A DNA stretch of 64,000 nt from Candidatus Kerfeldbacteria bacterium (GTDB taxonomy: Bacteria > Patescibacteriota > Patescibacteriia > SBBC01), in contig JAZDNT010000003.1 in NCBI GenBank assembly GCA_043799405.1, positions 399,461-463,460 of the forward strand. The letters run 5' to 3'. The notes beneath the pieces are model-generated. The model searched no databases. It worked only from the letters and a program-made list of their open reading frames with translations, and had not been told where the DNA came from. Positions 56,840 to 64,000 of this stretch are shown here, piece by piece (position 1 is the stretch's first letter; each line of letters starts with the position of its first letter). The position numbers were made by a program, and so were the translations under genes.

Positions 56840-56917
56840 CCAGCACCATTTCCACCTCTACAATCGCCGATAACGCCGGATTTTCGCCGACGATTTCAGA
56901 AATAGAAATGGTGCTGG
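56840..56917 (-). repeat. Trailer hairpin module A (copy 1 of the A/B pair)
   Basis: CCAGCACCATTTC...GAAATGGTGCTGG forms a 13/13-bp closing stem. It lies about 110 nt 3' of the mature 16S end. Confidence 0.8.
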
Positions 56918-57472
56918 AGGATTTCCCGAGGAGAAGAACACGACCTCTAGGTTCACGCAGAAAGTACACAATCTGCGCTGAACTCGAAACGACTAGCCCG
57001 AAGGCGAGTCGCTTCAGGTCTCCCTAGAAAGGAGGTGATCCATCGACAGCTTCCGCTACCGATGCCTTGTTACGACTTAGCCCCTATCATCGAGCCTACC
57101 TTGGTTCCCCGTACGGGGCATTTCAGGTATTCCCGACTCTCTTGGCTTGACGGGCGGTGTGTACAAAGCCCGAGAACGTATTCACCGCACCATGGCTGAT
57201 GCGCGGTTACTAGCGATTCCAGCTTCATGAGGGCGAGTTGCAGCCCTCAATCCGAACTGAGGGGTGGTTTGGTGGGATTGGCTCCGCCTTACGGCTTCGC
57301 AGCCCATTGTTACACCCCATTGTAGCACGTGTGTAGCCCAGGTCGTCAGAGGACCATGCTGACTTGACGTCATCCCTTCCTTCCTCACGCTTAAAGCGTG
57401 CAGTCTCGAGCGAATATTTTAACACTCGACAGGGGTTGCGCTCGTTAGGGGACTTAACCCAACAGCTCACGC

Positions 57473-57503
<31 letters not shown>

Positions 57504-57619
57504 TCAGCACCCTCGAAGGCTTCCCTAGTTTCCTAGGGCGTGCAGCTGAATTTCTAGACCTGGTAAGGTTCCTCGCTTAGCGTCGAATTGAACCACATGC
57601 TCCACCGCTTGTGCGGGCT

Positions 57620-57668
<49 letters not shown>

Positions 57669-57773
57669 GATGCTTATCGCGTTAGCTGACGATACTGCGA
57701 GGGTCGATACTCGCAACATCTAGCATCCATCGTTTACAGCGTGGACTACTGGGGTATCTACACGATTGTTACT

Positions 57774-57850
57774 TTCGGCGAGGAAACCTGAACGGTTTCC
57801 TCGTCCGATACCACTCCTTCCCTTTCATGGTGTCGATCCTTGCGCCTCGG
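57774..57850 (-). repeat. Module C (copy 2), at the 3' end of the 16S insertion
   Basis: TTCGGCGAGGAAACCTGAACGGTTTCCTCGTCCGATACCACTCCTTCCCT...CCTCGG matches about 46 of the first 50 positions of module D. It ends 13 nt inside the insertion. Confidence 0.8.
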
Positions 57851-58486
57851 CTAGGGTCCCGCCCTTCGGGCACCCTGATCCTCGGCGCTGCGGACTCGAC
57901 GTTCCATTTTGTCCCCTCCTCATGTGAGGAGGGGTGTCCGGTCGAATGACCGGACGGGGTGGTCGTGGTATGGACGCATCATTTCTGTGCGTCTCTGCAT
58001 GTCGCCATGCAGGTCAGACTATATCTTTCACCCGAAGGGTGACTCGGCGTATAGTCGTTGAGGGGTTTAGTGCTCATCCAGTCGTTAGAAAGGTTAGGGT
58101 GAGGGTCGATGGATTCTATAGTTTATACACGCCGCTAACCCGTAGGCGTGTCACGCCCCGCAGTTTCCAGGCACGCGTTTTCGTGTCCCGCCTTAACAGA
58201 TCACGAAGCTGTTTTTCGACCCCCACCCACTTCTAAAGACCAAAAGAGCACTAAACTTCCCTGCGGGTTGTCTGCACCGAATGATTTTTACTGTTGCCAG
58301 TACATTCGGATACTCAGAGTTTCCCGCAAATAGCCAAGTTTATTTATTCTCGCCTTGCGACGAGAGAGGACATGAGGCTTTTTCTCTCCCTTCGATCGTA
58401 CCCCTACGATCTTTCAATCAATCACATCGCGAACGTGAATTTACTTCACGTGAGCGATACAACTGAAGGGAAGGGGGAGCATCAAC

Positions 58487-58565
58487 CCAGCACCATTTCT
58501 GCCTCCGACAAAACTCACAAACGATTTCCCATCGTCGAAGTTTTCAGAAGTAGAAATGATGCTGG
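58487..58565 (-). repeat. Module B (copy 2), at the 5' end of the 16S insertion
   Basis: It has the same 13-nt start, CCAGCACCATTTC. The other arm, CGTCGAAGTTTTCAGAAGTAGAAATGATGCTGG, matches about 28/33 against module A. It begins 12 nt inside the insertion. Confidence 0.8.
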
Positions 58566-59291
58566 GAGAATTGCTTTATCCCATTCGCTCCCCACGCTTT
58601 CGTTCGTTGAGTGTCAGGATCGTTCCAGCACACTGCCTTCGCTATTGGTGTTCTTGCCGATATTAACGCATTTTACCGCTACACCGGCAATTCCGTGTGC
58701 CTCTCCCGTCCTCGAGTTCCGTCGTATCACCTGCGGCCTCACGGTTGAGCCGTGAGATTTAACAGGAGACGTGCGGAACCACCGTTGAACGCTTTACGCC
58801 CAATAAATCCGGATAACGCTCGGGGCCTTCGTATTACCGCTGCTGCTGGCACGAAGTTAGCAGCCCCTTATTCCTTCGGTACACTCAGTGTTGTTCCCGA
58901 AGAAAAGCAGTTTACACCCCGAAGGGCTTCTTCCTGCACGCGGCGTCGCTCCCTCAGACTTTCGTCCATTGGGGAAGATTCTCGACTGCAGCCTCCCGTA
59001 GGAGTCTGGGCAGTGTCGCAGTCCCAGTGAGGCGGGTCGTGCTCTCACACCCGCTATCCGTCATAGCCTTGGTAGGCCATTACCCTACCAACAAGCTGAT
59101 GGACCATAGGCCCCTCCCAAGGTGGCTTGCGCCTTTACTCCCGTTCCATATGGATCGGGACATCATCCGGAATTAGCCCGTCTTTCGACGAGTTATACCG
59201 AGCCTCGGGGTAGGTTACCAATGTGTTACGCACCCGTTTGCCACTCATACCTGTATTGCTACAGATCTTCGTTCGACTTGCATGCCTAAGA

Positions 59292-59331
<40 letters not shown>

Positions 59332-59631
59332 ATAAATGACGCGTATGGGTTTGGCTCCCCATACACCGCGATTCGATTGTTGGGATGGACGAATCGCTTA
59401 AGCACCTAGAATTTGACGTTTATCCCGTGTTTGACACGGGATCTTGTGACGGACCGTCGGAGAACAGAGAGGGGAGCCGGTACCGAAAGAGCAAAAGTTA
59501 AGTCGCTCTGGACCTTTGATCTCTACCCTCGGTTCTCCGGCGATCGCGTCGTTTGCTTGCTTGTCCAGCACCGAACAGAGTTCTGGTGCTGGGTTCCTTA
59601 CCGCATTTCAGTTGTCAACGTACCGGATCGA

Positions 59632-59698
59632 TTCGGCGAGGCAACCTACGGTTTCCTCGTCCGATGCCACTCCTTCCCTCGTCGGGGTCGCTCCTCGG
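59632..59698 (-). repeat. Leader module D (copy 1 of the C/D pair)
   Basis: TTCGGCGAGGCAACCTACGGTTTCCTCGTCCGATGCCACTCCTTCCCT...CCTCGG lies about 300 nt 5' of the mature 16S start. Confidence 0.8.
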
Positions 59699-60072
59699 AT
59701 TTCCCCTGAAATGAATTCAGGGTCGTCCTCGTCCCGACGTTCTTTGAGGTACAACGTTCACAGCACTCGGATATCCACTCATCTGAACGGATACAGACTG
59801 ATGTGAACGGTTTGGGGCGAGGCGACGAATTCATTTCGCGCCGAGCCTTGAGGTGCGACGTCCGAAGCCCGTCGGACGGAGTTGCTCTTTCGGAAGAAAA
59901 AACAGTGAGTGCCGATGGTACAGCAATCCCTGTTTTTCCTCCTTACGGCCCCTTGTTACAAAGAGTGTAAGGTTATCGATTTAATGTGCGTGTGTGTTGC
60001 CGAATGTATCGTCTCCTTTTAACGGTCTTATCCTCGGAGGACAAGAACGACAATAGATTATCGACGTTCATG

Positions 60073-60101
60073 AGCATACTCTCTTTAAAAGTCCCTGTCA
60101 A
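60073..60101 (-). promoter_or_regulatory. Candidate sigma70-type promoter for the 16S transcription unit
   Basis: The minus strand reads TTGACA-17 nt-TATGCT. It would give a leader of roughly 730 nt. This is sequence-pattern evidence only. Confidence 0.35.
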
Positions 60102-60270
60102 GTGGATGCTGTAACAGAGCCTTACGTTAGAGATCCCTTGACAAGAGGTTACTTTTTATGTACCGTCTATAGTTTCCGGCCTATCGGGACACAGCAGGCT
60201 TGTACGTCCACCGTGCAGCCGCTCGCTGCACATTGACATCAACGGTTCTCCTTCAAAAAGGAGGCAGCTT

Positions 60271-60756
60271 ATGGTGCTCTCCCAGAGGAAGGTCTGGGAG
60301 TGGGTTCGTAGGTACGGACCACAGGAAGGCGCCGCACTGATCGGAGCACTGATCGCGGCGTACATCCTTCGACCGCTCATACTCGCGAGCGGGCTTCCGT
60401 GGAGTACGGTCGTAACAGCGTACGTCGTCACGTTCGCGGACGCGCTCACCTACTACATCTTTGCGCAGGTCCGCGAGTACCGCCGCCATCGCCGTGACGG
60501 CGTACGGAAACGCGTGGCTTTCATGCTCGCGTTCCGCGACCTCGCGGTCGAGTACGGCGTCGCGGACATCGTCGACACCGTGATCACGCGCCCGTTCTGT
60601 ATGTACTGGGCGTTTCGGATCACCAGCAACCCGGTTTTCGGCGTACCGCTCGGTATGCTCGGAGCTGGGTTGGTCTTCTACACAATGGTCATACCGGGCT
60701 ACGAGCTCCGGAAACAGCTGTTCGACCCTAGCCGTAATCCAGGGAGGGAGCGATGA
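60271..60756 (+). CDS. GC-rich cassette gene A: four-TM membrane protein
   Basis: AAGGAGG lies 7 nt upstream of the ATG. 161 aa with hydrophobic segments. It forms an ATGA overlap with gene B. Confidence 0.65.
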   Translation: MVLSQRKVWEWVRRYGPQEGAALIGALIAAYILRPLILASGLPWSTVVTAYVVTFADALTYYIFAQVREYRRHRRDGVRKRVAFMLAFRDLAVEYGVADIVDTVITRPFCMYWAFRITSNPVFGVPLGMLGAGLVFYTMVIPGYELRKQLFDPSRNPGRER

Positions 60757-61148
60757 AGATGCTGCGGAGGGACAAAACGCTCCACCTGCAGCTCGACACG
60801 GAAGATCCGGGGATCGTGCTCATGGCGATCGCACGGGTTGCCTTCGGGCTGTTCAGCTATCCGCTGACGGTCCAGCCGGGTGACCCACCGATCACAGCGC
60901 CTCCGGAACTCCCGAGCGACGTCGCGCACAGCCTTATCGTACACACCATCGAGGACCGCCTCGGATTCAACCCGTTCGCGTACGACAATCGGCAATGCAT
61001 GATCTCCGCCCAACAGCAGGCAGGCAACACGATCGTCGTCGGGCGCAGCATGTCCGACGCGATTCTCGGGATGTTCCTCACGGATCTTACCCGGATGATC
61101 GCCGAAGCGTCGGCGTCGTCCGAGAGCGCTGCTCACATGGAAGTCTGA
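60753..61148 (+). CDS. GC-rich cassette gene B: hypothetical 131-aa protein
   Basis: GGGAGGGAG Shine-Dalgarno sequence and translational coupling to gene A. No family was recognised. Confidence 0.6.
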   Translation: MKMLRRDKTLHLQLDTEDPGIVLMAIARVAFGLFSYPLTVQPGDPPITAPPELPSDVAHSLIVHTIEDRLGFNPFAYDNRQCMISAQQQAGNTIVVGRSMSDAILGMFLTDLTRMIAEASASSESAAHMEV

Positions 61149-61169
61149 ACCCACAAGGAGGCACGAGAC

Positions 61170-61334
61170 ATGAACGAGAAGGGAAGGTGCCCGGTTTGCG
61201 GCAAGTCTGATGCGCCGCTCACGGAAATGGATCGCCGCGTTGTGATCGGGGTGCACGATGACGCCGCTGTTGGAGGGACGTGCGACGGCGTTGGTGAGCT
61301 GCCGGTACAGAGCGGCGACGAGATCCCCGACTAG
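61170..61334 (+). CDS. GC-rich cassette gene C: 54-aa protein with an N-terminal CPVC knuckle
   Basis: Not in the ORF track (under 60 aa). AAGGAGG lies 8 nt upstream. The translation is MNEKGRCPVCGKSDAPLTEMDRRVVIGVHDDAAVGGTCDGVGELPVQSGDEIPD. Confidence 0.5.
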   Translation: MNEKGRCPVCGKSDAPLTEMDRRVVIGVHDDAAVGGTCDGVGELPVQSGDEIPD

Positions 61335-61344
61335 GGAGGCACGG

Positions 61345-61683
61345 ATGAGCGGCAAGAAGAAGCCCAAGAAGGCCTTCATCCGCCCGGCAGGTGGATCTTG
61401 GCAGGAAGTACCCGACCCAATCATCACATTCGCGATGGGCGACCTGCCGATCGGTGTCGGGGGCACAGAGTTCGCCGACTACGTCGCCCGAAGCATGGGG
61501 TTCACCGGCCGCTACCTCCTGGAATACCGGGAGATACAGGACGACGGCTCCATGAAGTCCATCGGAGTGATCGAGGGCGAAGTGCCATCCCGCGCACCAG
61601 GCGACCAGCTCATGGTGCTTCCAGACGGCAACGAGCTCGTCGCGACCTACGTCGCCCCACAGGAGGAGAACCCTGCACCGTAA
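61345..61683 (+). CDS. GC-rich cassette gene D: hypothetical 112-aa protein with a Lys-rich N-terminus
   Basis: GGGAGG Shine-Dalgarno sequence 6 nt upstream of ATG 61345 (MSGKKKPKKAF...). The track start at 61258 lacks a Shine-Dalgarno sequence. Confidence 0.6.
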   Translation: MSGKKKPKKAFIRPAGGSWQEVPDPIITFAMGDLPIGVGGTEFADYVARSMGFTGRYLLEYREIQDDGSMKSIGVIEGEVPSRAPGDQLMVLPDGNELVATYVAPQEENPAP

Positions 61684-61752
61684 CCAACGTGCTGTCAGCC
61701 GTCGAGCAAACGCCCGACTGGCAGACAGCAAACATTTCAGAAGGATGACGCC

Positions 61753-62193
61753 ATGAGCGACGAGAAGTTGCTTCACCGGGGACGCAGCTTCCCCGAGGTA
61801 TACGTGAGATCTGCAATCTGCATCTTCACGCTGGTTCCGGAGGTCTCGTCGGACGCATTCTACGAAGTGACCGTGCAGATTCCTCCAATCGACAATCGGG
61901 GAAGGGGCTTCACGTTCCCGGCGCTCAACGAGGCCGAGGTCTACGAGCGGGACGGGACGGGCGTCACGAGGTTCGCACTCACGCAGGCCGGGCGCTCGAA
62001 GATGCCCGGCTTCTACCAGCCGATGCTGAAGGGGGCGAGAGGCCGGATCCCCTGCCTGGCCCCTTGGTTCACGGGATGGAGGGTGACGTCGATCCGACTC
62101 GAGCCCTGCGGCGACATCCCCATGATCGAAGGTGCGCTCTACTGGGAGGAGCGTACCGACATCCCGATCAAGCCGAAGCGGCACAAGAAGTAG
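61753..62193 (+). CDS. GC-rich cassette gene E: hypothetical 146-aa protein
   Basis: GAAGGA lies upstream of the ATG. Amino-acid composition is ordinary, unlike the R/P-rich antisense ORFs. No family was recognised. Confidence 0.6.
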   Translation: MSDEKLLHRGRSFPEVYVRSAICIFTLVPEVSSDAFYEVTVQIPPIDNRGRGFTFPALNEAEVYERDGTGVTRFALTQAGRSKMPGFYQPMLKGARGRIPCLAPWFTGWRVTSIRLEPCGDIPMIEGALYWEERTDIPIKPKRHKK

Positions 62194-62328
62194 CTCGAAG
62201 TAAGGCGTGTCCCAATCGTCCGCAAACTGACGAAACGGACCGACAACCACAAGAGCCCCAACGGACTGAACATCCTGCGGGGCTCTTAGCATATGCCTCG
62301 CCAACCTCCCCCGTTGCTCCGCAACAAC

Positions 62329-62350
62329 CCCCTCCACAATTGTGGAGGGG
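62329..62350. repeat. Perfect 22-nt palindrome between convergent genes (terminator-like); related copy inside the 16S insertion
   Basis: CCCCTCCACAATTGTGGAGGGG followed by TGTCC. Compare 57913-57934, CCCCTCCTCATGTGAGGAGGGG, which is also followed by TGTCC. Confidence 0.7.
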
Positions 62351-62376
62351 TGTCCTGCAACAGCAGGACGGGGAGG

Positions 62377-63660
62377 TCAATCCAACCGCACGCTGTTAAT
62401 CTTTCGATTCTGCCTGACGCTCAAGAATGCCAGCAATATCATGGCAATGCCTATGCCAAAGAACACGCGCATGATCGGGTAGTGCTCGCCGAGCCAGCTC
62501 ACGATGAGTATCATCGGCAATCCGACGAGGTTCATGAGCGTAATGAGAGAACCGAACACGCGTCCGCGCGTGTGGCCCGGCGTCTCCTCGTGGAACGTCG
62601 TTTGCGCCGCGACGATGATCAGCACGTCGGCAAAGCCGGTAAGGAACACAAGCGCCATGATATACCAGAGCCGCACCACGTCGTGGACTACCAAGACGTC
62701 AGGATTGCCAAGGTAATTCACGAAGGGAATAAGACAGAGCGTAACGCCAGCGCCAACGATCCCGGAGATGATAAGGGTCGACTTCTTCCAGCGACGCTTC
62801 GCGATATTCCCGACGAACGCGCCGATCGCCGCGCCGAGGCCAGCCGGCAGGATCAGGAACAGCGACATCTGCTGGACATTGAACCCGAGAACGTTCGTTG
62901 CGAGCGCCGGGATGAGCGCAACGACAGACCGCTCGAACCCGAACACGAGCGAGAACTGTACGACGAGCATGAGGATGATGGGCGTGTGCCTTATGAAGCG
63001 TACGCCGTCCCTGATCTCACCCTTGAGGTTACGGAAAAATTCGATCGTCTTGATACGATGTTCGAGGTGTCCTGTCAGCCTCGGAAGTATTGCGTTCAGG
63101 GCTGCTGATACAAGGAATGCAAAAAAGAGAATTGCGTAGACCTTCGTCGGACCGAGGAGCTGTATGAGCGGACCCGCAATCGAGTAACCGATCAGGAATG
63201 CGATGTACACCGTTGAAACGAACATCGCGTTCGCGATGAACAGTTCGGTCCGCGGAACGAGCTCAGGAATCGTCGCGCTTTCTGCCGGACCAAAGAACTG
63301 GCTTATCGCGGATATGATGAAACCGAGCACAATAAGGGCGGCTGGCGAGTCTCCGCAAGCGAAGAATACCACAACGACTAGCGCCCGGAGGATGTTAGAG
63401 AGGAACAGGATCGTCTTGCGGTCGAACCGGTCCGCCATAGCGCCAGCCAACGAGGAGAACAGTATCGGCGGTACACTCACCACCGCGACGAGAACGCCGA
63501 CGAGCGTGCTGGAGTGCGAGATCTCGAAGATACGCACAGCAAGGGCGAAGTTCAGGATATGTCCGGCCGACTGGTTCAAGATCTGCGAAGACCAAAGCTT
63601 CAGGAAGTTGCCGTGGCCGAGAATGGGAAGCGCCTTCAGGACGCCTTCACGGAGTTTCAT
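62377..63660 (-). CDS. MFS transporter
   Basis: 427 aa with 12 TM segments. N-terminal NFLKLWSSQILNQSAGHILNFAL and the loop motif GAMADRFDRK (the G..aDR.gR motif between TM2 and TM3). Confidence 0.8.
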   Translation of the reverse strand: MKLREGVLKALPILGHGNFLKLWSSQILNQSAGHILNFALAVRIFEISHSSTLVGVLVAVVSVPPILFSSLAGAMADRFDRKTILFLSNILRALVVVVFFACGDSPAALIVLGFIISAISQFFGPAESATIPELVPRTELFIANAMFVSTVYIAFLIGYSIAGPLIQLLGPTKVYAILFFAFLVSAALNAILPRLTGHLEHRIKTIEFFRNLKGEIRDGVRFIRHTPIILMLVVQFSLVFGFERSVVALIPALATNVLGFNVQQMSLFLILPAGLGAAIGAFVGNIAKRRWKKSTLIISGIVGAGVTLCLIPFVNYLGNPDVLVVHDVVRLWYIMALVFLTGFADVLIIVAAQTTFHEETPGHTRGRVFGSLITLMNLVGLPMILIVSWLGEHYPIMRVFFGIGIAMILLAFLSVRQNRKINSVRLD

Positions 63661-63672
63661 GTTTTTAAAATA

Positions 63673-63999
63673 TCATTTGGCGAAATGACCATACCACTCC
63701 ATTTTTGTTCGTAACGCAGTGACGTCGTGTTCATTAAGAGCATCAAGATATTGCTTTAGTTTTTCAAAGCTAACGATGTCGACAATGAAAAACTCATTCT
63801 TTTTATTGTTGTCAACATCAATAAATGCATAGTTTATTTCAGCTTGAAACACATCAGTTATTTGTTCGATTTCTGTCTTATCAGTGTCAACCTTAAAACA
63901 CTTTTGATATCCATCACAAACTATTACCGGATAATTGAGTGTAAAAATGATGTTGCTTTGCTCATTTTCTGGAAGAATTGAATCTGTGTTTCGAAAATA
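63673..63999 (-). CDS. AT-rich hypothetical protein, C-terminal part (gene starts beyond the window end)
   Basis: The minus-strand frame is open from 63999 to a TGA whose complement is at 63673-63675. The translation is ...NYPVIVCDGYQKCFKVDTDKTEIEQITDVFQAEINYAFIDVDNNKKNEFFIVDIVSFEKLKQYLDALNEHDVTALRTKMEWYGHFAK. Confidence 0.45.
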   Translation of the reverse strand, partial: YFRNTDSILPENEQSNIIFTLNYPVIVCDGYQKCFKVDTDKTEIEQITDVFQAEINYAFIDVDNNKKNEFFIVDIVSFEKLKQYLDALNEHDVTALRTKMEWYGHFAK

Positions 64000-64000
64000 T

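Larger units (their letters stand above)
57761..58577 (-). other. Intervening sequence in the 16S 790 loop (helix 24), ORF-less
   Basis: The conserved run ...GCGAATGGGAT | TAGATACCCCAGTAGTCCACGC is interrupted between 58578 and 57760. The interval contains many short GC hairpins and no sense-strand ORF of 60 aa or more. Confidence 0.85.

Noticed and set aside
57761-58577. Calling the 16S insertion a group I intron
   Set aside because: This is not rejected outright but is not supported. The U at -1 and the terminal G fit, and the 788/789 region is a known intron site in eukaryotic SSU rDNA. However, I could not identify P1/IGS pairing or a P7 G-binding site by eye, and the duplicated leader/trailer modules argue for a different mechanism. 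A covariance-model scan is needed.
60138-60270. Plus-strand TTGACA boxes (60138 and 60231) as promoters for the GC-rich cassette
   Set aside because: No acceptable -10 hexamer lies at 16-19 nt spacing from either box, so no promoter is called.
60699-62337. Two long minus-strand ORFs (60699-61466, 255 aa; 61219-62337, 372 aa) covering the GC-rich cassette
   Set aside because: Their translations are dominated by R, P, G and A runs (for example RRRRFGDHPGKIREEHPENR) and they have no Shine-Dalgarno sequences. They are antisense to five plus-strand ORFs that have ribosome-binding sites and ordinary amino-acid composition. This is the typical shadow-ORF pattern in GC-rich DNA.
62293-63108. 271-aa plus-strand ORF antisense to the MFS transporter gene (and 62768-63139, 63203-63688)
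   Set aside because: The translations are charged and low-complexity (RRDERNDRPLEPEHERELYDEHEDDGR). The minus frame encodes a 12-TM MFS protein with the conserved loop motif.

Overview
The window looks like a contig from a small-genome, probably CPR/Patescibacteria-like, bacterium. This placement is an inference. It rests on a bacterial 16S rRNA gene that reads GTGCCAGCAGCAGCGGTAA at the 515 site, carries a large insertion and is not followed by a 23S gene, plus type IV pilin-like genes and dense operons with ATGA start/stop overlaps.

Bases 1-31885 form one very large surface-glycan locus. It holds two Wzx-like flippases, about 13 GT-A/GT-B glycosyltransferases, three polytopic GT-C-like membrane proteins, four SAM methyltransferases and GDP-fucose synthase. 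A second glycosylation module (44256-49677) sits divergently next to a three-gene pseudopilin operon (40481-44126). The remaining genes include a NUDIX hydrolase, cupin, alpha/beta hydrolase, GH37 trehalase, MsbA-like ABC exporter, MFS transporter and several secreted or membrane proteins.

The most unusual content is in the stable-RNA genes.
1. The 16S gene (57028-59337, minus strand) carries an 817-bp ORF-less insertion in the 790 loop. The two ends of the insertion copy the gene's own 3' trailer and 5' leader modules.
2. All three intact tRNA genes (Pro-TGG, Phe-GAA, Ile-GAT) sit inside the split halves of degenerate paralogous tRNA genes. The Pro locus is nested three deep.
3. The intact tRNAs are clamped by 9-12 bp leader/trailer duplexes, and TCCCGCC/GGCGGGA-closed hairpin insertions recur across the loci.

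A GC-rich five-gene cassette of unknown function (60271-62193) lies between the 16S promoter region and the MFS gene. I saw no CRISPR array, integrase, transposase or reverse transcriptase. All functional calls come from motif recognition by eye, and no searches were run.
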